Below are positions 19,269 through 27,692 of a stretch of DNA of 64,000 nucleotides, one piece after another. The position numbers and the translations under genes were made by a program. The notes below the pieces were generated by a model. That model was not told where the DNA came from. It worked only from the letters and a program-made list of their open reading frames with translations, and did no database searches. Location: assembly GCA_964455935.1 (NCBI GenBank), contig CAYVZU010000008.1, positions 299 through 64,298 on the forward strand, read 5' to 3'. Positions within the stretch are counted from its first letter, which is position 1, and every line of letters begins with the position of its first letter. The DNA is from an uncultured Fibrobacterota bacterium. Its GTDB lineage: Bacteria; Fibrobacterota; CAYVZU01.

Positions 19269-20078
19269 TCACCCGTATCGTCCTTCGATGTAGTCGGCTG
19301 TTTTGGGGTTCTGGGGCTTGATGAAAAGCTCTTCTGTGCGGGTGTGTTCGATCACTTCGCCCAGGAGCATGAAAATGCACTCGTCGCTGGCGCGGCGGGC
19401 CTGGGCCATGTTGTGCGTTACGATCGCAATTGTGTAGTTCCCCCGCAGCTTAAACATCAATTCCTCAATGGCCCGCGTGCCTTCCACGTCCAGCGAGGAA
19501 CACGGCTCGTCCATCAAGATCACTTCGGGCTTCAACGGAAGCAGGCGCGCGATACAAAGTTTCTGCTGCTGTTCCAATTGAAGCGTCGTGGCCCTGGCGG
19601 AGAGACGATCCTTGACATCCTTCCAAAGTCCCACCTCGGTTAGCGCGGTTTCGACCGCTTCGTCAAGTTGGGATTTTTGCAGTTGCATGCGCGGCGTGTG
19701 GACGCGAAGCCCAAAAACAACATTCTCGTAAACCGAAATGGGCAAGGGATTGGGTCGCTGAAAGACCATACCCACGCATTTGCGCAGTTCGATCAGCGAA
19801 ACGTCGGCATCATAGATGTTCTTGCCCAGAATTTCGATAACGCCCGCAGTGCGAACGTAGCTATAGCGCTCATTGATTCGGTTGAAGCACCGGAGCAACG
19901 TGGTTTTGCCGCATCCACTGGGGCCGATTAGAGACGTAATCAGGCCGTGCTTGATTTGCACGCTTACATTCTTAAGCGCCTGGAATTTGCCATACCACAG
20001 GTTCAGGTCCCGGGTGATAATGCTGTGAGGGCGTGGGGCATTCATGAAGTTATCCAAAAATACCATTGACATATTCAT
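19269..20078 (-). CDS. pstB: Phosphate ABC transporter ATPase PstB paralog with a degenerate signature motif
   Basis: Walker A GPSGCGKTT, Q-loop GMVFQRPNP, Walker B ILMDEPCSSLD and H-loop VTHNMAQA are all canonical. The signature reads LQLEQQQKL instead of LSGGQ. Confidence 0.85.
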   Translation of the reverse strand: MNMSMVFLDNFMNAPRPHSIITRDLNLWYGKFQALKNVSVQIKHGLITSLIGPSGCGKTTLLRCFNRINERYSYVRTAGVIEILGKNIYDADVSLIELRKCVGMVFQRPNPLPISVYENVVFGLRVHTPRMQLQKSQLDEAVETALTEVGLWKDVKDRLSARATTLQLEQQQKLCIARLLPLKPEVILMDEPCSSLDVEGTRAIEELMFKLRGNYTIAIVTHNMAQARRASDECIFMLLGEVIEHTRTEELFIKPQNPKTADYIEGRYG

Positions 20079-20823
20079 ACGTTTCCCGTCGGGCGGGCTT
20101 GTTGGAAAAAATCACAGCCGTGCGGTCCAGTTCCACGATTTCCCCATTCCACATAAACATCGTGCGGTCGGCCAGCCGCCGGGCCTGGTGGGTAAGATTT
20201 GTCACCAGCAGAATGGTAATCTCTTTGCGGAGTTCTTTGAGAACATCCTCGATGCGCATGGTGGTAACCGGATCGATCGCGATGGAGAATTCGTCGAGGC
20301 ACAAAATTTCCGGCTGGTGCGACAAGGCCCGCGCAATGGTCAGACGCTGCTGCTGGCCGCCCGAAAGTGCCGTTCCCAGACTGTTCAGCCGATCTTTCAC
20401 CTCGTCCCACAGAGCGGCCTGTGTCAGGCATCGTTCCACAATTTCGTCAAGATCGTTTCTTCGTGTAAGGCCGGCGCTGCGGGGCGCGAAAGCGACATTG
20501 TCATAAATACTTAACGGCAGGCCCACGGGAAGCGGGGCGACCATGCCGATCTTGCGCCGCAGGGCATGCACATCTCTTACGCGGCGAATATCTTCACCAT
20601 CAACCCGGATTGTCCCCGACACCAGCGCATTGGCCGTGAAATCGATGGTCCGGTTGAGGCAGCGCAGTAGTGAGGTTTTTCCCGACTGGGCCGGCCCGAT
20701 AATACTGAAGATCTCGTTGCGGTTCACATCGAAGCTGATCCCGTGGATCGCCTCGATCCCGCCGTAACTGACCCGCAGATCACGGACCTCGATCGCCTTG
20801 GGCTCTGTCATGGCGTTTCCCAT
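20050..20823 (-). CDS. pstB: Phosphate ABC transporter ATPase PstB paralog with a canonical signature but degenerate Q/H-loops
   Basis: Signature LSGGQQQRL and Walker A GPAQSGKTS. The Q-loop glutamine is absent (GMVAPLP). Walker B region reads ILCLDEFSIAID. H-loop region reads VTNLTHQA. Confidence 0.85.
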   Translation of the reverse strand: MGNAMTEPKAIEVRDLRVSYGGIEAIHGISFDVNRNEIFSIIGPAQSGKTSLLRCLNRTIDFTANALVSGTIRVDGEDIRRVRDVHALRRKIGMVAPLPVGLPLSIYDNVAFAPRSAGLTRRNDLDEIVERCLTQAALWDEVKDRLNSLGTALSGGQQQRLTIARALSHQPEILCLDEFSIAIDPVTTMRIEDVLKELRKEITILLVTNLTHQARRLADRTMFMWNGEIVELDRTAVIFSNKPARRETYEYVNGIFG

Positions 20824-20834
20824 TTTGTCCGCTC

Positions 20835-20973
20835 TTCACCACAGAGACACAGAGGACACAGAGGACACAGAGAAGAAATATTCATGGCATTCCAATGCGA
20901 ATGACAGTATTTCCAATAATCCGCTTTATAATTTTGCTTTTCCATCTCTGTGATCTCCGTGCTCTGTGGTGAA
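20835..20973. repeat. MITE-like element with perfect 12-bp terminal inverted repeats TTCACCACAGAG / CTCTGTGGTGAA, inserted between pstA and pstB
   Basis: Terminal inverted repeats at 20835..20846 and 20962..20973. Internally GACACAGAG occurs 3 times in tandem. Confidence 0.6.
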
Positions 20974-20976
20974 TGG

Positions 20977-21888
20977 TCACCATTTCTTCCGGTTGCGCAG
21001 CCACACGCGCAGGGCAATGGCGCTGGCATTGACCAGCAGCACGGAACCCAGAAGGACAACGGCGGTCGCGTAGGGAATCGACTCCTTCACGTTGGGCACC
21101 TGTGTGGCCATTGTGTAGAGGTGCATGGAAAGCGCCATGCACTGCTCCGTTAGTTTATAGGGGAACAGATCCCCACGCTCGACCACCTTGAAAAAGACCG
21201 CGCCCGTAAACATGATGGGCGCGGTTTCGCCGGCAGCCCGGCTCACCTGGAGGATGATGCCGGTTAAGATTCCGCTGATCGAGTTAGGCAGAACAATGGC
21301 CTTGATTGTCTGCCAGCGCGTTGCCCCCACATTCCAGCATGCCTCGCGAAACGATTTGGGAACGGAAGCCAGCGCTTCGCGCGTGCTGGCGATGATGACC
21401 GGCAGAGTCATGATGGAAAGGGTGAGGGCGGCCGAGATAATGGAATAGCCAAAGCGCGCCGCATAGACAAAGGCTCCAAGCCCAAACAAAGCGTGTACAA
21501 TGCTGGGCACGCCCGCCAGGTTGATCACGGCGAGGTTGATGATGCGGTTGAACCAGTTGTCTTTGGCATACTCGTTCAGATAAATGGCAGCCATCACGCC
21601 CACGGGCGCCGAGACTGCAAGGGAGATTCCCACCAGGTATAAAGTTCCTACAAAGGCCGGCCAAATGCCTCCTTCGCGCATGCCGCTTCTGGGAATGTCG
21701 ATGAGAAACTCCAGATTCAGCGACGGCGCGGCGCGCACCAGGAGGTAGGCCACAATCGCGACCAGGGGAATCACCATCATCAGGGCCATTGCCCAGAAAA
21801 CCCATTTGGCAATGGACTGGGTCAGTTCCTTGCGGCCGCCATATGCGGTTTGCCGGAATCGAGTTACCGTATGGGTATTTTCGGCCAT
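20977..21888 (-). CDS. pstA: Phosphate ABC transporter permease PstA
   Basis: Start taken at MAENTH (21888). The ORF-track extension to 22209 overlaps pstC. EAA-like loop and PstA-like TM layout. Confidence 0.8.
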   Translation of the reverse strand: MAENTHTVTRFRQTAYGGRKELTQSIAKWVFWAMALMMVIPLVAIVAYLLVRAAPSLNLEFLIDIPRSGMREGGIWPAFVGTLYLVGISLAVSAPVGVMAAIYLNEYAKDNWFNRIINLAVINLAGVPSIVHALFGLGAFVYAARFGYSIISAALTLSIMTLPVIIASTREALASVPKSFREACWNVGATRWQTIKAIVLPNSISGILTGIILQVSRAAGETAPIMFTGAVFFKVVERGDLFPYKLTEQCMALSMHLYTMATQVPNVKESIPYATAVVLLGSVLLVNASAIALRVWLRNRKKW

Positions 21889-21893
21889 TAACT

Positions 21894-22826
21894 CTATTTT
21901 CTCCGGATGCCGCGAATGACGAAATCCGCGGTCAGGTTTACGGCAAAGGTAATGCAGAACAGCAGAACCCCGGTCAGAAACAGCACGCGGTAGTGATCGG
22001 ACCCGGCCGGCGCTTCGCCCAGTTCGGCGGCGATGTTGGCGGTGAGGGTTCGAATGGAATCGACAAGGCTGACCGGGATTGTGACTGCGTGGCCCGTTGT
22101 CATAAGCACGGCCATCGTCTCCCCCACGGCCCGGCCCACGCCCAGCAGCACAGCCGCCAGAAGCCCGTTTTTGGCCGCGGGCAGCAGCACGCGATAGATG
22201 GTCTGCCACTTCGTGCTTCCCATGGCCAGGGAGGCCTCGCGAAACGAATCGGGCACCGCCTTTAAGGCGTCCTCGCCGATGGAGACAATGATGGGCACGC
22301 TCATCAGGGCCAGAACGATCCCGCCGTTAAGCAGGTTCACGCCCACCGGGGCGCCGGTATATGCGGTAATCAGCTTGCTCATCACCGTGAGGCCGATGAA
22401 GCCCCAGACAACGCTGGGAATTGCGGCCAGCAGCTCAATGACGATCTTTAGCGTCTCCTTCGCCTTCGGGCTGCAGAATTCCGAAATGTAAATGGCGGCG
22501 CCCAGTCCAAACGGCACGGCAATGACCATGGCCAGGGCGGTCACGGCGACACTTCCGACCGTCAGGGCGAAAGTCCCGTAACGAACATGAACGGCCGAGG
22601 TTGGGTACCATTTGGTGCTGAAAAGAAATTCGAGCAGATGAAAATCCTCGCTGACCAGGACCGGCAATGCTTCGCGAAAGATGAAGATGAAAATGGCCAG
22701 GACAAAAATGATCGCACTGACGCCGCTGAGGCGGATCAGGCCTTCCAGCGCTTTCTCACCGGCCACAAGCCATGGGGAACGGGTGGGGCGTTTTCCGTGC
22801 GCGGGAATGGATTTTGATACCATCAT
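21894..22826 (-). CDS. pstC: Phosphate ABC transporter permease PstC
   Basis: Conserved SLAMGSTKWQT..LP block. The start overlaps the pstS stop (ATGATGA). Confidence 0.85.
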   Translation of the reverse strand: MMVSKSIPAHGKRPTRSPWLVAGEKALEGLIRLSGVSAIIFVLAIFIFIFREALPVLVSEDFHLLEFLFSTKWYPTSAVHVRYGTFALTVGSVAVTALAMVIAVPFGLGAAIYISEFCSPKAKETLKIVIELLAAIPSVVWGFIGLTVMSKLITAYTGAPVGVNLLNGGIVLALMSVPIIVSIGEDALKAVPDSFREASLAMGSTKWQTIYRVLLPAAKNGLLAAVLLGVGRAVGETMAVLMTTGHAVTIPVSLVDSIRTLTANIAAELGEAPAGSDHYRVLFLTGVLLFCITFAVNLTADFVIRGIRRK

Positions 22827-23740
22827 GAGCGCGAGGCAATTCCTGTATTGTTGTCAGGCACAGGCACGAATCCGCTTTCCTCCACGATCTTCTGCCCGGC
22901 CGGTGATAAAATCCAGTCGATGTACTTGCGGACCGCGCCATGGGGCTGACCCAAGGTGTAGAGCAACAGCGATCGGGCGAGGGGGTAGGTTTTATTTTGC
23001 GTGTTCTCCACGGTCGGCGCGTAGGCCGGTTGGCCGGCTGCCGCCGCGATGTTGAGCATTTTCACCGTTCCCATTGCGTATCCCATGCCGCTGTAACCAA
23101 TAGCGGTCCGGGCGCTTCCGATCAGTTCGACCGTTTCTTTGGAGCCGCTCATGTCGCGCGAACCGAGTTTGAAATCCTTGCTGTGGAGGACGCGCTCGCG
23201 AAAAAACTCGTAGGTTCCGGAACTGGACTGTCGGCTTACCCGCACGATCCTGTCGTCTTTCACACCGGGAATGGTGACGCCCAGCTGCGACCAATTTGTG
23301 ATATCGCCACCGTCGGCAAAGATCCGGGCCAATTGTTCGAACGTGATGTCGATGAGCGGATTCTCTTTGTGCACGTAAACGGCCAAGGCGTCGAACGCGG
23401 CGATGAATTCAACCGGATCCTTGCCGGTGTGTTCCTTGGCCCGCGCAATTTCCTTCGCTTTCATATTGCGGCTGGCATTGGCGATATCCACGGCCCCGCG
23501 TTCCAAGGCGGCAATGCCCACGCCCGAGCCGCCGCCGGACACTTCGATTTCCACGGAGGGCTCGACCCGCTTGTATTGCTCGGCCCAGGCCTGGGCCAGG
23601 TTGACGATTGTATCCGAGCCTTTGACCTGAATGACGGTCCCCGACCGGTTCCCGCGGTTGTTTCCGCAGCCCAGCAACAACAGCAGACCGGCGAAGCCCA
23701 GGGCGAGACGGGTGCGCGTTGCGAAGGATAGGGCCGGCAT
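22823..23740 (-). CDS. pstS: Periplasmic phosphate-binding protein PstS, lipoprotein
   Basis: Start taken at MPALSF (23740), giving a signal peptide plus LLGCG lipobox. PBP-like VIQVKGSDT motif. Confidence 0.85.
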   Translation of the reverse strand: MPALSFATRTRLALGFAGLLLLLGCGNNRGNRSGTVIQVKGSDTIVNLAQAWAEQYKRVEPSVEIEVSGGGSGVGIAALERGAVDIANASRNMKAKEIARAKEHTGKDPVEFIAAFDALAVYVHKENPLIDITFEQLARIFADGGDITNWSQLGVTIPGVKDDRIVRVSRQSSSGTYEFFRERVLHSKDFKLGSRDMSGSKETVELIGSARTAIGYSGMGYAMGTVKMLNIAAAAGQPAYAPTVENTQNKTYPLARSLLLYTLGQPHGAVRKYIDWILSPAGQKIVEESGFVPVPDNNTGIASRS

Positions 23741-23744
23741 TTTT

Positions 23745-24869
23745 CTATCTGGTTTCCGTACCCAGAATTGCCTGCACAAGATCGACAATGTGGGAATTGA
23801 TGAACTGGAATGCGGCATCGTACGAGGCCCGTACTTTCTCGGACGGCCCCTGGACCAGGGAGGGGTCCTCGATGTTCCAATCGAGCAGGACGACTTTGCG
23901 CGGCGATTGCGGCAAAGCCTTGTGCACCTCTTTGGACAGGATAATGATGACCTGATAATATTCGAGATTGGGGATCTGGTAGATTGATTTTGGCGCGGTC
24001 CGTTCGAGATTGAATCCCTTCTCCTTCATATATTCTATCGTGCGGGCGTCCACCGGCTTGGGTTCCAGTCCCGCGCTGCTAAAAATGAAGCGGGGCTGGT
24101 TGAGACCGCTGGCAATGGCCTCGGCCATTTGGCCGCGGCAGGAATTGTGGTTGTCGACAAACAAGATTCGGAATGCCTGCGAGGCCGGGTGCTTGGCAAC
24201 CTCGCCGGTCACCATGTATATCGCTTCCATGCAGATGTTGCGGGCCTGGTCGGAAACCCGTTCAAATCGCCGGACCAGGGTCATGAGGGGATCGAACACA
24301 TCAAACGGGATTTTCTGCTCCTGGAACTCCCGCACAATGTTGTTGTTGAGCTTGTTTCGCATGGCATTGACAGCCTCCTCCACCCCGAAGGTGGCGCGGG
24401 CCAGGTCGGCATTTTGCTCGAAAAGAGACTGGGTCGCATCCTGGTACATGGTGATGGCGAGCTTGGCCAGCTCCAGGATTCCCTGCTTAATTTCGGCCGG
24501 GGCCCGGTTTTCGAGCCGCAGGATGTTGTGGGCGATACTTTCGGCATAATCGCCGACCCGTTCCAGCTCAAGATTAATGCGGATTGTGGTGTAAGCGAAA
24601 CGGAGCGGACGGGCAACCGGTTGTTGGCGCACAAGGAATTCGAGGCAGAGCCGGTCGATCTCCTTTTCCTTCTCGTTGATGTATTGGTCGCGCAGGATCA
24701 CGGCATAGGCGAGCTGCCGATTATTCTCAACAAGGGCCTTTACGCAGTCTTGCAGGGCCTTTTCGGCCAGCTTGGCCATTTCGGTCACCTGGTTGCGGAT
24801 TCTAGAGATATCACGCTCAAGGGATTCTTCCAAGTGCGTATGCATAGTCCTCCGTAGTCCCTCCAACAC
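23745..24869 (-). CDS. PhoU domain fused to an LMWP (ArsC / low-molecular-weight phosphatase)-like domain
   Basis: The N-terminal ~220 aa are PhoU-like repeats. The C-terminal domain ILFVDNHNSCRGQMAEAI aligns to the ArsC/LMW-PTP P-loop (C-x-G-N-x-C-R) with the nucleophile Cys replaced by Asp. A later DP motif (EDPS) is present. Confidence 0.75.
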   Translation of the reverse strand: MLEGLRRTMHTHLEESLERDISRIRNQVTEMAKLAEKALQDCVKALVENNRQLAYAVILRDQYINEKEKEIDRLCLEFLVRQQPVARPLRFAYTTIRINLELERVGDYAESIAHNILRLENRAPAEIKQGILELAKLAITMYQDATQSLFEQNADLARATFGVEEAVNAMRNKLNNNIVREFQEQKIPFDVFDPLMTLVRRFERVSDQARNICMEAIYMVTGEVAKHPASQAFRILFVDNHNSCRGQMAEAIASGLNQPRFIFSSAGLEPKPVDARTIEYMKEKGFNLERTAPKSIYQIPNLEYYQVIIILSKEVHKALPQSPRKVVLLDWNIEDPSLVQGPSEKVRASYDAAFQFINSHIVDLVQAILGTETR

Positions 24870-24910
24870 AATCGCCGAATACTTGAAGACCTCTAAAATA
24901 ACATATGAAA

Positions 24911-24939
24911 TGTTAGCGCTGTGTTAGACTTGTGTTAGA
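24911..24939. promoter_or_regulatory. Pho-box-like array: three 7-bp direct repeats TGTTAG(C/A) with 11-bp periodicity
   Basis: Repeats at 24911, 24922 and 24933. This matches the architecture of PhoB/PhoP boxes (7-nt repeats separated by 4 nt), in the divergent promoter between the phoU-fusion/pst operon and phoBR. Confidence 0.55.
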
Positions 24940-25124
24940 ATTCTTTCTATATAAATCTTCTTACCTCGGGCGGTTTCAATAGAAAAAAGCATTGGGGGAA
25001 AATCCATATTTTGGTCAATCCGATCCCTTTTCCGTCCGGGTTTTGCTATTTTTTGCATGATGCGTGTGATTTCTTTTGAAATTCTAGCGAAATTCAAACA
25101 AACCGTCCGTATTTTGGATTAAGC

Positions 25125-25823
25125 ATGGCAAAGCTCAGCGTACTTATTATTGAAGACGAAGAGCCCATTGCGGAGCTCATCCGGTATAATCTGGAGAGGG
25201 AAGGATACTTAGTTGCAACGGCTTTCTCCGGTGAAGAAGCCTTGCTTGAAGTCGACGTCCGGCCCACCCACTTGGTGCTTCTGGATCTAATGTTGCCCGG
25301 CATTGACGGGCTTGAAGTCTGCCGCCGGCTGAAGGCCAACCCCAAAACAGCCGCTATCCCGGTGATCATGCTTACGGCCAAAGGCGAGGAGTCCGATATT
25401 GTGACCGGCCTGGAATTGGGGGCCGATGATTACATGGTGAAGCCGTTCAGCCCCAAGATTCTTGTCGCGCGCATCCGGGCCGTTTTGCGTCGCAAGACGT
25501 CAACCACGTTCCGGGCCGAGACCCTGAGTATACACAACATGATCATCCATTCGGGCCGGCATGAAGTTACGGTGTCGAACCGGAAAATCGACCTGTCGGC
25601 GGCGGAGTTTCGCATTCTCCATTTTCTCGCGAGCCGGCCGGGGTGGGTCTTCACCCGGGGCCAGATCGTCGATGCCGTAAAGGGCGAGAACTATCCGGTC
25701 ACGGACCGATCCGTGGATGTGGCGCTGGTCGCCTTGCGCAGGAAGCTTGGTTCCGCGGCGGAATATATTGAGACGGTCCGCGGGGTGGGATATCGGTTCC
25801 GTGAGCCGGAGGAATGGCAATAG
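25125..25823 (+). CDS. phoB: OmpR-family response regulator PhoB
   Basis: Receiver domain (D..LLDLMLPG) plus a winged-helix (RVDVALVALRRKL). Confidence 0.9.
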   Translation: MAKLSVLIIEDEEPIAELIRYNLEREGYLVATAFSGEEALLEVDVRPTHLVLLDLMLPGIDGLEVCRRLKANPKTAAIPVIMLTAKGEESDIVTGLELGADDYMVKPFSPKILVARIRAVLRRKTSTTFRAETLSIHNMIIHSGRHEVTVSNRKIDLSAAEFRILHFLASRPGWVFTRGQIVDAVKGENYPVTDRSVDVALVALRRKLGSAAEYIETVRGVGYRFREPEEWQ

Positions 25824-27598
25824 GTATGCCCAAACAGAAATTATTCCGCAGAATCTTCCTGTATCTTCTCCTGCTTTCCGTTGGCGGCATAGCCATGCTT
25901 ACATGGGTCGAGGCACGACAGTTCCGCAAATCCTACCTGCGTCAGACGGAGGACGGGCTGCGGGACCGCGCCTTTCTCTTGCGTGCGGCGCTTTTGCCGC
26001 TGTTTCAACCTGCGAATCTGGCCGGGGCCGATTCCATTTGCGACCTTCTGACGGCTTCGCCGTCCCGCGTAACCCTGATCCTGCCGGATGGACAAGTCAT
26101 CGCCGATTCCAAGGCCAACCCCGACTCCATGGAAAACCACAAGGATCGACCTGAAATTCGTGAAGCCCTGGATGGCAAAATGGGGGTTTATTCTCGCTTC
26201 AGTGCCACAAGAAATCAGGGAATGATGTACGTGGCATTGCCTGTTTTCGAACAGGGGAAATTGGTGGGTGTCGTGCGGATTTCCTTGTCCCTGGCCGAAA
26301 TTACGACAGGAATTCGAGTCATTCACAAAAGGATGGTTATTGCGGCGCTATTCGTTCTTATGATGGTGATCCTGCTAAGCCACCTCTTGTCAAAACAGAT
26401 CGCCCGCCCCATCAGTGATCTGGAAACAGGGGCTGACCGGCTGGCAAATGGCGATTTCGGCGCCAAGCTGGCCGAGGGGCCATTTGAGGAGACCTCGCGT
26501 CTTGCCCATGCCATGAATGTCATGGCTGTGCAATTGCGGGAGCGTTTCCAGACTATTCTAGAGCAAAAAAAGAAACAGGAAGCGGTGGTCAACAGCATGT
26601 CGGAAGGCGTAATTGCCATGGATACTCAGATGCGGATTATGGAGCTAAATCCCGCGGCCGCCGGAATGCTTCAGACAACCATCGAAGCGGTCCGCGGCCG
26701 GAAAGCGCACGCGATTGTCCGCAACAGCGAATTGCAGGATTTGATCGAGCGAACTCTGGCAGGCGAAAAACCGGTCGAGGCCGAAATCAAATGGAAGCGC
26801 CCGGATGGCGAATGCTTCCTGCAGGCCCACGGGACATCGATTCGCGATGAAACCGGCCGGCCGGTTGGCGGACTGATTGTCCTCAACGACATTACCGGGA
26901 TCCGGAAACTAGAGAGGCTACGCCGTGATTTTGTGGCCAATGTCTCGCACGAACTCCGCACGCCTTTGACTTCCATTAAAGGGTTTGCCGAAACTTTGGT
27001 GCAGAATGCCCAATCAATGAATCCGGAGGACTTGCGCCATTTCCTGTCCATTATGGTCCAGCAGGCCGACCGGCTCAATGCGCTGGTGGACGATCTTCTC
27101 ACCCTGTCGCGCATCGAGGACCAGGAAGAAAAAAGGGGGCTCCAATTGGAAAGCGTTGATCTTTCCGGCATCTTGCTGGCCGCGCGCGATGCTGTGCTGG
27201 TGCAGGCCAATAATAAAGGCATTACCATTGAGGTGGAGGCGGCGCAGGGCCTTTCGGTCCGGGCCAGTCCGGTCATGATCGAGCAGGCTGTGACCAATCT
27301 GCTGGATAACGCAATCAAGTACAGCCCCGATGCAAGCCAAATCCGTGTTGTGGGGACACAGGAAGGCGGCCTGGTGAGTATTTCCGTTATTGACCAGGGC
27401 ATTGGCATCGAATCACGACACATCCCGCATTTATTCGAGCGATTCTACCGAGTGGATAAGGCCCGCAGCCGCAAGGCCGGAGGAACCGGATTGGGGCTTT
27501 CCATTGTCAAACACATCATGTCCCTGCACGGCGGCCGGGTGGACGTGCAAAGCGTCCCGGGAAAAGGCAGTACGTTTACCCTTACCGTTCCAGCCTGA
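25814..27598 (+). CDS. phoR: Sensor histidine kinase PhoR-like (TM, HAMP, PAS, HisKA, HATPase_c)
   Basis: H-box HELRTPLTSIKG, with N/G1/G2 boxes. Overlaps the phoB stop. The alternative ATG is at 25826. Confidence 0.9.
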   Translation: MAIGMPKQKLFRRIFLYLLLLSVGGIAMLTWVEARQFRKSYLRQTEDGLRDRAFLLRAALLPLFQPANLAGADSICDLLTASPSRVTLILPDGQVIADSKANPDSMENHKDRPEIREALDGKMGVYSRFSATRNQGMMYVALPVFEQGKLVGVVRISLSLAEITTGIRVIHKRMVIAALFVLMMVILLSHLLSKQIARPISDLETGADRLANGDFGAKLAEGPFEETSRLAHAMNVMAVQLRERFQTILEQKKKQEAVVNSMSEGVIAMDTQMRIMELNPAAAGMLQTTIEAVRGRKAHAIVRNSELQDLIERTLAGEKPVEAEIKWKRPDGECFLQAHGTSIRDETGRPVGGLIVLNDITGIRKLERLRRDFVANVSHELRTPLTSIKGFAETLVQNAQSMNPEDLRHFLSIMVQQADRLNALVDDLLTLSRIEDQEEKRGLQLESVDLSGILLAARDAVLVQANNKGITIEVEAAQGLSVRASPVMIEQAVTNLLDNAIKYSPDASQIRVVGTQEGGLVSISVIDQGIGIESRHIPHLFERFYRVDKARSRKAGGTGLGLSIVKHIMSLHGGRVDVQSVPGKGSTFTLTVPA

Positions 27599-27692
27599 CG
27601 GCGGATTCGGTGGAAATAAATCGCGGGTGTTGTCCCGAAGCCGGCATGGCGGTAGTTTCCGGTAATCAGTAACTTTTTCAAAGAAGGAATAA

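Noticed and set aside
20847-20880. Tandem GACACAGAG repeats considered as a CRISPR-like or tandem-repeat locus
   Set aside because: Only three 9-bp units with no spacers. They lie inside a terminal-inverted-repeat-bounded MITE-like element, so they are not a CRISPR array.
22940-23731. 263-aa plus-strand ORF
   Set aside because: Antisense to pstS.
24129-24857. 242-aa plus-strand ORF
   Set aside because: Antisense to the PhoU-LMWP fusion gene, with no family resemblance.
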